Source: Tubiluchus corallicola
Lineage: Eukaryota; Animalia; Priapulida
Direction of reading: 5' to 3'
NCBI GenBank assembly: GCA_030141605.1
Contig: JAQGDQ010000632.1
Location: forward strand, 58,316 to 122,315
DNA: 64,000 nt
The stretch's first letter is position 1; each line of letters opens with the position of its first letter. This document shows, one piece after another, positions 22,201 through 33,110 of the stretch. The position numbers and the translations under genes were made by a program. A model generated the notes under the pieces. The model was not told the DNA's origin. It worked only from the letters and a program-made list of their open reading frames with translations, and made no database searches.

Positions 22201-24298
22201 ATAAAAAGTTATATCACCTAAGTATAATCTTAAACGAATAAAATATTCACGTTTTCGCATTTACTCCAATTTTTGTAAAATATTTCAACCACTGCAGTAA
22301 ACGTTGGCGCAGACATGTTTCGTTAGTTTGCCAATTGAAAAGCCGGCATGTAACTGATCACGTGGCATGACATCACTCGAACACAGTCGCAGTGAATTCC
22401 GAGCACGTATAATATAAAGATTTGTGCTGTGGTTCTGTGACGCCATCTAATACGCGCGACCCCGGCAGTCTTGCGGGAGTATTTAAAATGAAAAAAACAG
22501 GAAATTCTTTTAAAGTGAGTATGATAAATGCTTAAGATTGCCTCTAGCCATTATAATTTTTTAGCAAAAATTTTCTGAGACTTGCTTTAACTAGGCCTTT
22601 TCTTGTCTTTTAATAGTGCTTTTTGTGTCTTTATGTGTTCAATTCCCGAGTGCTTAAAGTTACTCTTTAACTTTATTGTTGCTTTTCCTATCATTAATTT
22701 AACATATGCGAAGGAAAAGTTACGATGGTCTCGAGATAAAGTTGACAGTATTCTTCTCCCCGTAATGAAGAAAGTTGCTGAACGATCGGTGAGTTGACTT
22801 CTATTACATTACAGTCAAACTTCTTTATAGTACCTACTTTGGGACTGCTAGAAAAATTTGACGTTACAGTGAGTTTGGCGAAATGCGTTAATGTCCTATC
22901 TATGCAAATATAGATATTTTGTTTTGCCAAAAATATTGGCATTAAGCAAGGTTGCCATTAAAAAAGAAGTAATTATAATGGCATTTGACTCTAATCGTTT
23001 TCGCTTTTATTTAGAAGTCATTATAACGACATTTGTCTCTAATCGTTTTTGCTTTTATTTAGAAATCATTATAACGGCATTTGACTCTAATCGTTTTCAC
23101 TTTTATTTAGCAACAGATGTCACTAATTAACCATTAAGTGAATTTTCTTGCTTTTTACTAGGTTATTGCAGATGAAATTAAAAACATCAAGCCTTTTCAC
23201 AGTTTTGTTGTGCGCACGTGCAGTTGGTCGAGATAAAAAGTTAAGTGTACCGCAACAATGCATCTTAACAACAACCTTCACATGCCATGTGTGTAAAGCA
23301 AACCTGCCAGGTGCATCAGTTCAGTAACTTCAGTTCTTTTACATGGAAAAGAATTAATTAAGCATTAGTCTGTGCATAGAGTGATTTACTGGTAGGATCT
23401 TGCTTAGGAATAAGAAAAAATGAACTAGGTAAGGTTCTAGCTAGCTGCTAAAACTGTTAGTATTACAATAGCATGGGCTGCGAGGCATTGTCAAGCGCAC
23501 ACAAATGCTTTGTCTGGTACACTTAACCTTTGACCTTTTCACGATCATCATCAATCGCTGGAACTGTGAAAAGGCTTGTTAGACTAATTTTCTATCCTAA
23601 TGTGTATTCAACTCCACCTAACTTGGAACTGCTTAGTTAAATTTTTCTTAATTTGTATCACTCATCTCAAGGTCATCATTTCAAGTCTCAATCGGCTCCC
23701 CTCTCCCAATTCTTACATCACTCAAATTAAGCAATATTTTGGTGCACAGGAATATCTGTTAAAGACAGTGTTGACTTTATAATCATAATCATTCTTACAT
23801 GTAATTTACTATTTTTATGCCATTATACCTTTAATTTGCTAAACTCAGTGATTTCTTTAGTTTGCAAGATGTGTAAGGCGAAGGCAGGTGCGGGTGGGAG
23901 TTACAATAAGTTAACCATATAATCACTTTATTGTAACTTGTTGTTTTTAGGCTCAGACATCCATGGATAGATACCTTGTGCAATTTCCAGCAGAGAAACG
24001 AACTGTAGGTAGCAAGCGGCTACAATCTGCCATTAAGAAATCTCAAAATCTCAGCCCAGATGAACCAGTTGAGAAAAATGCAGTTGCAAAAAGAAAAGCA
24101 GGCAAGACGCTGAGGAAAAACCGATGCAAGAAACTGCCTGCATCTTCTAGTGCAGCTGTTAATGTTGAAAGAAACTGTGATACTGCAAATGTGAAAAAGA
24201 CCAAGTGTAGCAACGTGGCCAAAAAGAAAGCTAAACAAAAGGTCTGCAAGAAAATTGTAGAATTAAATCTATCAGAAAGCGGGAGCTCTTCTGACTAA
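7209..24298 (+). CDS. ERCC5: XPG/ERCC5 nucleotide-excision-repair endonuclease, 13 coding exons, ~935 aa
   Basis: Exons 7209-7296, 7671-7846, 10809-11014, 13172-13382, 13973-14070, 14512-15146, 15896-16185, 17517-17636, 18814-19027, 20204-20348, 21081-21272, 22704-22788, 23951-24298 join in phase (2808 nt). Motifs: MGVQNLW..LAVDVSIW, VFVFDGG, UBM-like [49 protein letters not shown]-like QTSMDRYL, basic C-terminal tail. Confidence 0.95.
7297..7670 (+). other. U12-type (minor spliceosome) GT-AG intron 1 of XPG
   Basis: 5' splice site GTATCCTTT; branch-like TTTCTTTAAC at 7648-7657; CAG 13 nt later; no polypyrimidine tract. Confidence 0.92.
8011..8602. mobile_element. Dispersed non-autonomous element ending ...cttgtcctttaa (TTAA-flanked, Kolobok/piggyBac-like MITE)
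   Basis: Aligns by eye over ~560 bp with 18085-18686; a diverged copy lies at ~35170-35530 and related termini at 22153-22613. Confidence 0.75.
8878..9281 (+). mobile_element. pogo-like (Tc1/mariner superfamily) deletion derivative
   Basis: TA|CCGTATTTTCCCATGTATAAGAGACCC ... GGGTCTCTTATACATGGGAAAATACGG|TA; interior encodes [32 protein letters not shown], typical of a pogo transposase C-terminus. Confidence 0.92.
9504..9975. mobile_element. Tigger/pogo-type MITE remnant interrupted by the element at 9976
   Basis: Starts tacggtaaactccgcgtaactcaaa and has repeated cgcttaactcaaaatttcacctaactc motifs; the last motif is split at TA 9974-9975 and resumes at 10663. Confidence 0.6.
9976..10662 (-). 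mobile_element. pogo-like MITE with transposase remnant
   Basis: TA|CCGTATATACTCGCATATAAGCC ... GGCTTATATGCGAGTATATACGG|TA; minus strand ~10450-10338 reads [37 protein letters not shown] (CENP-B-type HTH end joined to an acidic tail). Confidence 0.9.
14071..14511 (+). other. GC-AG intron 5 of XPG
   Basis: Donor AG|GCAAGT; phase 2 matches acceptor ttttag|G at 14512. Confidence 0.75.
14127..14444. mobile_element. hAT-like MITE
   Basis: Imperfect TIRs CAGGGGCATAGC ... GCTACACCACTG; degenerate 8-bp flanks ctgtcgtc / ctgccatt. Confidence 0.6.
17815..18046. repeat. Degenerate foldback/palindromic element
   Basis: ccactgaactgg...agccatg...cagaatcagcatggttaat is mirrored by attagccatgctgattctg...catggtt...ctagctcagtgg. 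Confidence 0.65.
18085..18686. mobile_element. Second copy of the 8011-8602 element
   Basis: tgcatcggc...aaactccc...ctttccagcaggtatgtgaaatg...cttgtcctttaa is shared with the first copy. Confidence 0.8.
21273..22703 (+). other. U12-type AT-AC intron 11 of XPG
   Basis: GA|ATATCCTTT donor; ...tttaac|ATATGCG acceptor restores E-Y-A-K; branch-like CTCTTTAAC at 22663-22671. Confidence 0.88.
22153..22613. mobile_element. TTAA-flanked MITE inside the AT-AC intron
   Basis: ttaaggacaagaaaatggcc ... ggccttttcttgtcttttaa terminal inverted repeats. Confidence 0.7.
22965..23110. repeat. 48-bp tandem repeat, 3 copies
   Basis: agaagtcattataacgacatttgactctaatcgttttcgcttttattt unit. Confidence 0.9.
23188..23578. 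mobile_element. MITE with 17-bp perfect TIRs (possibly PIF/Harbinger-type)
   Basis: caagccttttcacagtt ... aactgtgaaaaggcttg. Confidence 0.65.
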
Positions 24299-26558
24299 CT
24301 ACTGTACAAATGATGTGTATATTACTGTAGATAATTCGTAATCTGTAATACTCTTAATAATATGTGCTGGATTGTGGACTGACGTACAGGAATATTAGTA
24401 ATTAGGAATAATTTGTCAATTTTAAAGATTGTGAGATTTTTCAAATTGTTAAAATTCAGGCTGCAGACGTTGAACAACTTTTTCACACCTGTATAGTCAG
24501 CTCAATTGACTGCGAAAAGCAGTAGAGTTGTTAACACACCATTGAACCAAATCATCCGCACAGGTTCTGTAAATATTTCCAGGGGCATTCCAGTTCTACA
24601 GTGGGATCTTCCTCCAGAGAAGAACGCTAAAAGTATTATCATTTTGTTGAAAGAAATCCCAAACTCCTAGCTTCAGTCAGCTGTTTTGCAAAAACAGGCA
24701 ACAAATACTACTGGTGAAGTAGTATTGTTGCAGTTAAGATTAACATTTTGTTTCGCAGTGTAAGGATCAGTTGATGCCAGAATTCATATTTTTACCAGTC
24801 TCGGTTGTTGACTTTTGTAAGCTTGTATGCTGTGGTTGTATATTGTCAATAATTTACATAGCAGAGTTACAATTATGATGTCGCCGCCAAAATTACTACG
24901 AGATTCATTCAAATTATGGTTTAATAATATGTTTTCGAAATTACGGCAGTGCTACAATTTTGGCAGCGTAGTTAAGTTTAAATTTTTCTTTTTGTATGAG
25001 TAAAAACAGATCTAAGTTTAGTGAGTGTGCAAGAAGTATTGAATGTGAAAAGAGGAGTTTAAATTTGCACTGTGGCGCAATCTTTTACCATTTTGCTAAT
25101 TTTAACAAGTGTGTCGATCTCTAATAATTAGCTAATAATTGTTATTTATAAGACTCTCTGTACATACACAAATTTTGCTATTTTCTTTAAATTTATAGGT
25201 AATTATTATGGATTATATTTTTTGCATTTATAATTTATTTTTTTGTGATTATTTGGTACTATTTTAGTAAAATTTGTACCGCAATCATCTCTCTGTTTGT
25301 CGTCACGTAATTACATAAATTATTATAATATTAATGTAGATTATTATCAGTTATTAGCTCGCTATTAATAATTGATAGCAAAATCATAATAATAATAACT
25401 AATAATTAATGGTTTATACCATTATTGATAATACCTATTGTTTTATGTTTTAAAAGTCAAGTTTCTCATTTGTAATGCAAAAGCATTTCAAGTTGATTTT
25501 ATTGACCTTAGGTGAACATTTACCATATGGGTAGAATTTATGGCACGGTAACACTATAGAGGTGAGGTAACACTATTACTTGTTACGCCTTTGAAAAAAT
25601 ATTAACATTAAACTAGTTGTTTTTTAATAAGTACTGTTCGATAAGCAATTTAAAACTATGCATGTATATAATTCAAATACATGTAAAATAACACAAAAAC
25701 ATAAGTTTAGTTCTATTCCACAGAAAAACAATATTACTTGTTAGCTGCATCTTTCTGCTTGTGATGCCCTGCTATTAGAACGTTTCCCGATCAAGGAACC
25801 TCCTCCAATTCTTCCTGTGTCAAAAACGTCGGCGGTGGGAACCTGGCTTCTGATATTTCTTGGAATGTAAACCGTCGTTTGGTCATTATCGGCCTTGTCT
25901 GTAACAAGACAAAGTTATAATGAATGCAAACACAATACTAAGTATTTTGCAGTGCAAGACATATTCAGAAGCCTATTGGATAACAGTCCCGACAGCCAGT
26001 TCATCTACACACAGGATTTAAAATGTACAGAAGACAAATCTGTCTCTCATACAGCAATAACAATAGCAAAGATTCCACACGCAAAAACTGTAATCCTAAA
26101 CTCTAAAGTGATGATGATAAATGACTACATTACCAGTTGTTTGGCACTGATACACTATTAACAAAGTCGTAATTACTGCATCCAATTTTTCTTGCATCCG
26201 AAGATTTAAAAGACTTGGAGTTTCTAAATTCAAAAACTATTGTGATTGTCATTATTCTTCTAATTAATGTCTTATTCATCTATTTGTTTTCATCGTTGTT
26301 TTTGTTATACCTTTTACATCCCCATATAAACGAATGAAGGCGTCATGGTAGAATACTTTGAGAAAAAAACTGATGTTAAATAAAATTCACTTCAACTACC
26401 TGCGGCGATCAGTTATCAAATTAAAGTAGAGGCAAAATTGAAATTTGTAGTACCAATTTCATATTTTGTGTTAATTTATATTTACTTAGAGTAAAGTGTC
26501 TGAGACGAAACAGCCACAGTAAGTTTGTTACGTTTCACTTCCTACCGTTAACTTGAAA

Positions 26559-27833
26559 ATGGACTCGTTGGAAGATCCCACACTGGAACGGCATTTTAAA
26601 GGGCACAGAGATGCCATCACATCAGTTGATTTCAACCCAAACATGAAACAACTAATATCGGGTTCGATGGATTCATGCGTGATGGTCTGGAATTTTAAGC
26701 CGCAGACAAGAGCTTATCGATTTACAGGTCATTCAGATGCTGTGACGTGTGTTCAGTTTTCACCATCTGGGCATCTGTTAGCATCTGCATCCCGTGACAA
26801 AACTGTGCGCATTTGGATACCTAGCGTCAAAGCTGAGTCTACGTCTTTCAAAGCGCACACCAGCACTGTCCGGAGTGTTGACTTCTCATTAGATGGTCAG
26901 CATTTGGTTACAGCTGCAGATGATAAATCTGTAAAGGTGTGGACGTTACATCGACAGAAGTTTTTATTTTCATTGCTTGGCCATCAAAATTGGGTGAGAT
27001 CAGCAAAGTTCTCACCGGATGGCAGTCTTATAGTTTCTGGCAGTGATGACAAATCAGTGAAAATATGGGATAAAAACAGAAAACAGTGCATTCATACATT
27101 TCCGGATTTGAGCGGGTTTATAAATGAAGTTGCATTTCATCCGTCCGGGACAGTTATAGCTGCAGCAAGTTCTGATCACTGCACTAGACTCTGGGATGTC
27201 AGAGCTAATAAAATTTTGCAGAAGTATGAAGCGCACACTGGTTCTGTAACAAGTTTATCATTTCATCCATCTGGTAACTACATGATCACATCAGCCACTG
27301 ATGGAACATTGAAAGTCTTAGATTTGCTAGAAGGAAGGCTGTTTTACACATTACATGGGCACCAGGGAAGTGTGAATTCAGTTGTATTCTCAAGACAAGG
27401 CAATTATTTTGCTTCTGGTGCAGCGGATAATCAGGTGATGATATGGAAAACCAACTTTGATTCCATAGACTACAGTGAAACATTACGTGCCGAGCGTCGG
27501 CACACTGAAGTGGCTCCGCCTACACACAGAAAAGTACGTAATGGTTTTGCGGAAGATGACATTGATTATCCTACAATACATAATGTTACTCCGCGTTCGC
27601 CAGTATCTTCGATTAGTGGAGTAGGCCCGCAACGTCAAGAAGAATCCCAGCAAATCATTAATGAAGCACAATCTTCAGATTTGCCACCACAGCTTACTCA
27701 AACCCTGGAACATGTTGTAAGACAGATAGACATTTTAACCCAAACTGTATCTGTACTAGAACAAAGATTAACCTTAACAGAAAACAAACTTCAAGATGTT
27801 GCGAAAAATGTGGAGAGCTCTAAGAAACCCTGA
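26559..27833 (+). CDS. POC1: POC1 centriolar WD40 protein, intronless CDS
   Basis: [13 protein letters not shown]-terminus, 7 WD40 repeats, C-terminal Poc1 coiled coil [29 protein letters not shown]; first ATG at 26559. Confidence 0.95.
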   Translation: MDSLEDPTLERHFKGHRDAITSVDFNPNMKQLISGSMDSCVMVWNFKPQTRAYRFTGHSDAVTCVQFSPSGHLLASASRDKTVRIWIPSVKAESTSFKAHTSTVRSVDFSLDGQHLVTAADDKSVKVWTLHRQKFLFSLLGHQNWVRSAKFSPDGSLIVSGSDDKSVKIWDKNRKQCIHTFPDLSGFINEVAFHPSGTVIAAASSDHCTRLWDVRANKILQKYEAHTGSVTSLSFHPSGNYMITSATDGTLKVLDLLEGRLFYTLHGHQGSVNSVVFSRQGNYFASGAADNQVMIWKTNFDSIDYSETLRAERRHTEVAPPTHRKVRNGFAEDDIDYPTIHNVTPRSPVSSISGVGPQRQEESQQIINEAQSSDLPPQLTQTLEHVVRQIDILTQTVSVLEQRLTLTENKLQDVAKNVESSKKP

Positions 27834-28334
27834 AACTATATAAGATGAAGCTACCTTAGATAGCAACATCATAATTCGATGGAATTGCTTCTATTTCTAT
27901 CTATCTTAAGCAAACTTAATTTTGTTGTACATATATAGTGGTACTATAAATTATTTGAAACGTACACTGAGATGATGTCTTAAAGACAGTTTTATTCTCA
28001 CAGGAATCACTGATTTATGATCCGGTACAGCTATGCAGTATGCCTATTCACATGCATTCATTTTTCTTATTGATTTTTGGTTGCACGTAATTAAAATGGT
28101 TTTGATTGTGATTACTTGTCACTGCGATTATATACCATGAAATTTTAGTTTCATTACCAATTACTCCAAATGTGCCTGCTTAAACTGTTTAAATGTGCCT
28201 TTTCCTCAATTTCAAAAAGTTGGAAATATAAAGGTGTAACTGAGACTAGTTAACATAAGCTGCTAGTAGTTTTTATTAATCAACTGCCTTCACTTGCTTC
28301 ACACATTTGCAGCACAAAACTCCACATGCTTATA

Positions 28335-28790
28335 ATCTGCCAGACTTGTTGGCATCCTTCTGTCTTCGGAAGACAATGGAGTGTGCGCCAAGAGAGTCAG
28401 TTATTGATCACATTGATGAAGCTGCAGCATCGACTGTGACTGAGCAGTCCGATCCTTGAACCACTGGAGTGGCCTCTCCAGGGTGCACGCCTGGGCAAGG
28501 TGTATGGAGATCCTGAGTTGCCCAGACAACAGGAACCCCCTCTCTTTCTCCTTGGTGTAGTCCAAAGGAAAGCAGAGCGATACGTTTGGCACCAGGTTGG
28601 CTGCCGGAATCAGTGAGCATCCTGCACTGGTCCGCCTTCGGAGCTCCACTCCTGATTTGGAAGGTTTACTCCTCTACACATGGCCGTTGGGTCACATGAC
28701 CTCCTCCGCCCTCTAGCCGTTGGCTGCTTGTGCAGTTCCTCCGCCTAGTGTCGAGATACAGTGTGGGCATCCAGCACTGCCGGACTACTG
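28335..28790 (-). mobile_element. GC-rich insertion, probably a non-LTR retrotransposon (RTE-like) 5' fragment
   Basis: Sharp GC rise inside AT-rich DNA with no conserved ORF; the family assignment rests on recalled resemblance only. Confidence 0.35.
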
Positions 28791-30894
28791 TGTAAGAAAT
28801 TGGCACAACTACATGTTTTACCTGCACATCCTGACTACGTCAGCATCTTCTTTAGTACAATCATCAATTTACATGTAAAATGATTTGTAGCTGGTTAGAA
28901 TTAATAACATCTATAAGCTACACATAATTCCAGAGTATTTTTATTGAGTTTTTACAATTTGACATCTACTGGCTGTCTACATTTTGAAAATGACTTCATT
29001 ATGCAACAAAGAAGTAAAAAGTATGATGGGATAAAAGCAACTCAAGTTTTTGAATTTTTTACTTAAGTACGGGTTTACTTAAGTAAACAAGATGCTTTGA
29101 CTTTTAAACAGGTAGAGAACAAACCTAATACGTACTTGTTTAGACAATAAACAAAGTGCAACTAAAATGACCCTATCACTTTCAGGACTCATTCATATTA
29201 GCAGTGCATCTGTACAATGTAATTTACATTAGACAAATATTAGATATGTTTTTAATTTAAAGCAAGAATCCGATCATGTACAGTGTAGATACGTACCTAT
29301 CTTTTTAGAAAAGTTTACAAAATAGAATTTATGCTAGCATAAGTACAGATATACATGTAATGGCAAATCAGAAATGTAGTGATTTAGCTTCACCCACACC
29401 TAACTGATAAATGATATTGCACTGAAAGTGAAATTAAAACGTTAGCATCAGGTCAGTATAAGATATTGCAAATCTCAATAGAATGAAGTGCACTATAGTA
29501 GTCCAAGGTGTGAAATTTACCAAAAAACTTTCTATAATGTGAAGTAACAATTTTTCAGAGTAAACACTGTAAATCATTTGCAGCAAAATATTTCTAACTG
29601 CTATGAGAACAAATTAACTGGAAGAAAGCCTTAGATTGGCAGAGCAAAAAATAAAAGAAGCTGCTAAAAACATGTTATTTGTACAAATCTATGACAATTC
29701 TTAAGATTAATCTGGTTTGCTGATTTTAATTAAAGAGTTTACTATAGTAAAAAGTGTACCTTGATTTTTAAACAGGTAGAGAATAAACCCAATATTTTTC
29801 TTGGTTCCACCAATTTAAAAGTGAAATTCTTATAAAAAAAACTCCCCAAGCTGTTCAAGGGCTAGGAATGTCATGCCCTGCATCATGTTCAATATGCAGC
29901 AGAGTATATTATTCTAGTTTAGATGGAACGTATACCATTCCTCGTTGTCATGGACATTGTCAACTTGAGAGTGACATGCTAAACTCTTTTAAGTATGTTG
30001 ATTTGATTCATTTATATGCATTATTAAAAAAACAGTGGTATCTTATTTCAGAATTCAGCCCTTAAACCCACAACTTACAGCGTCTCAAGTTAAGCCAGCA
30101 TCCTGCACCTCAACTATTTCACTGATGCAGTAATAGTAGTTATACATTATTATAAATATGCAACAGTCATGGCCATCAATTAGTAATTAAATAATGACGT
30201 TGAGAACTAGAATGTTTATAGTGAGTTAAATATTAGCTAAATGTTAATTAATGATTTGTTGTCCAAATATGTAAAGTATTTAATGTATTACTAACATTAA
30301 ACGCGTCGCGAGCTTGTGCGCAAATCATTGGCCAGATCAAGTTCGTGTTGAACTGCAAGAGGGACAAGTTGCGACTTTTTGTCATAGCGAAATTCGGGAC
30401 TTTTCGGTTAATTGGTTGGACTAGACTTACGAGAAACTTATCAAGCTTAATTTAAATGGTCTAATGGCAGCATAATAATTTATCATGTTTAGTTTTCCTC
30501 AGGACAACCGCATAATTTCAAAATGTTTTAAGTTTTTAACTAAAGGTAGGTCTAGCGGTTATTGTCTAGGCCATATATTTAGCTTCATAAACTTATAGTT
30601 ATACAGTAATTAAGATGTTACTGTTAGTGCATATTATACAGATTAATATACGCAGAGGTGACGAAAGACGATACGGTCACCTAGCATTCACCTCTAATTA
30701 GATGTTATTAACATTGTGCTAGTGGCAATTAATCAAAGTGATATATACATAATTCATAAAAATAACAAGGCAAACATGTCTATATGCATACATTACTTAA
30801 ACGCATACCTATACATACATACACTGAGAATGAGATTAGATATTAGACTGATGAGAATAGTAAGATAAATAATACAGTAGATTAGTAATACAAT

Positions 30895-30931
30895 AAATGT
30901 CGCACTCCCTAGATCTAGGAGTGCGACATTT
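30895..30931. repeat. 37-bp near-perfect palindrome
   Basis: aaatgtcgcactc-c-ctagatctag-gagtgcgacattt. Confidence 0.9.
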
Positions 30932-31982
30932 TTTCAATGGCTCCACTTTCATTTGTCTTAATAACAGTGAGATGTTTGCTTCTGCTAAGTTTTTGCCATT
31001 GACTTATATCATAATTATAAGGAGATCCCTTTATAAGGTGGAATTTCACTCATGTTTTTGCCAGTTTCACTAAATTCAACTGGAATTTTGGAATGTAAAT
31101 TTTACAAAAAAGAGTTGGAAATCACAACATTGTTAACTTAATTAGGCTGATCGTTTCAGTTTAACGAAACTTTAATCCCAGTGTTAAATTACAATTTCTT
31201 TTCCACTACAAGTGCTTTAGTTAACTTTACTTTTCTTGAACAGCATTTTGCATACATGCAATTAGTGTTACTGCATCTGTTATCACTACTCACATTTGTA
31301 TATTAAGGATAATCAGCCGGAATAAAACAGGCCTACTTGTAATCAAATTGCAAGTGACTTTATAGATCAGACATATATAAACGAAAAATACAAAATGTAA
31401 GGAAATTGTTCGCAGTATCGAAACATATCGAGTCGGTGCCCAAGGTTAAATATTGGATAAGAAAAAAAGCAATATCGAACAGCACTAGAAGTTTTACCAT
31501 TGAATTTCTCAAACAAAGTTTTAGCTGAATTACAAGTGTTAAATTGTTGTCACAACTGAGATGCATTACTGAAAAAATATAACCATGTATTATGAAAGTG
31601 TCTTGTTAAGTGAATTTTCATATTAAATTTTGCGACTTGAGGAGAGAAACTCTCCTCAAGTGCAAATTAGATTTATACTTTCTTTTTGTCTATTTAAGGT
31701 TTATTTTTTGCCAATTTGCAATTTCACTCTTCGGTCGCATAGCAAAAACTTATTTGTTACTTCTGTTATAAATTCCATTCAAAATTTTACTTTTATGATG
31801 AATTTATTTATAATAATATTGTCCTGTCCCAGGTAAATAATAGTTTGTTTGTACATTTTAGATTAAAAGACGACTAGAAAGTTTATTGAAAGCATTAACG
31901 AAGTTTACTATCCATATTCATTGTGGTTAATGTAGAATATGACAAGCTATTTGTGATGCCATTTTACTGAAACACTTCAGAT

Positions 31983-32822
31983 ATGGCAGGTAGTTTTGAT
32001 CCAAATGATAAATCTTCTTGGTATTTTGGAGCAATGGGCCGTGAAGAGGCCAACAGGATCCTGCAAGCCGAAAGGGAAACTGGGGTGTTCTTAGTTCGTG
32101 ACAGCTCTACCATACCCGGTGACTATGTACTCAGTGTTAAAGAAGATAACAAAGTCAGTCATTACATAGTAAACAAGACTCATCATGAAGAACAAGTCAA
32201 GTTCCGTATTGGTGATCAGATGTTTCCTGATTTTCCTAGCCTCTTGCGTTTCTACAAACTCCATTATCTTGACACCACGTCTTTAATACGGCCAGCTCCG
32301 AAGCAAGTTGAGAAGGTCGTGGCAAGGTATGACTTTGATGGAAGAGACCCGGACGATCTGCCTTTCCGCAAAGGAGAGGTGTTAGAAGTAATCAACAAAG
32401 ATGAGTTACAATGGTGGACTGCACAAAATTCTTCTGGTCAGATTGGTTCCATACCAGTTAACTATGTCCAAAGGTTTGATGAGTCAATGAATACGGACTC
32501 AGACTCGCGAAACCAATCACAGCCTCAACATGGCCGTAGTTCTTTAACTTCGCCCATTAGCCGCGTGAGTTCTGGTGATGCGCCTTCGTACAGACCTCGC
32601 ACTCTGCCAGCTTATGCACGAGTAAAACAAGCACGCAATCCTTGTGCTTATGATAATACTCAACTTAAACTAGAGGTGGGTGATATTATAAAAGTTTTGG
32701 AAATGAGCGTCAGTGGACAGTGGAAGGGTGATCTTGACGGCAAGATTGGACATTTTCCTTTTACACACGTAGAGTTTATTGATCCAAAGGACAATGAAAC
32801 CGACGGAGTGGATCAGTTATAA
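31983..32822 (+). CDS. Crk: CRK/CRKL adaptor (SH2-SH3-SH3), intronless CDS
   Basis: SH2 WYFG..FLVRDSSTIPGDYVLSV, nSH3 ARYDFDGRDPDDLPFRKGE..WW, cSH3 AYDNTQLKLEVGD..GHFPFTHV. Confidence 0.96.
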   Translation: MAGSFDPNDKSSWYFGAMGREEANRILQAERETGVFLVRDSSTIPGDYVLSVKEDNKVSHYIVNKTHHEEQVKFRIGDQMFPDFPSLLRFYKLHYLDTTSLIRPAPKQVEKVVARYDFDGRDPDDLPFRKGEVLEVINKDELQWWTAQNSSGQIGSIPVNYVQRFDESMNTDSDSRNQSQPQHGRSSLTSPISRVSSGDAPSYRPRTLPAYARVKQARNPCAYDNTQLKLEVGDIIKVLEMSVSGQWKGDLDGKIGHFPFTHVEFIDPKDNETDGVDQL

Positions 32823-33110
32823 TCAAGTGAGAGTATCATTTTAGAAGACTTTTATGGTTTGGACGAATCTACACACAACATCAATGTGACAATTTTGTGC
32901 CACGAAGTTAAATATTCAGCAACAGTTTACCTGTAATCTTTAATGAATAGATAGGCCCTTTATTTAGTTTTGATCATTAAGTTTTTAATTTCTGAACTTT
33001 GCGTAAGTGCACAAACCTTTTATATAACTTTATGAATCCAAAACCGTTAATCACTGTTTTCCGGATGAAATTTATAAATACTAAAGAAATTTATGTAAAT
33101 TTAGGCTCAC

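Noticed and set aside
27855-27890. Candidate FBXO36 micro-exon KQFHRIMMLLSK on the minus strand
   Set aside because: The acceptor lacks a pyrimidine tract; too weak to support.
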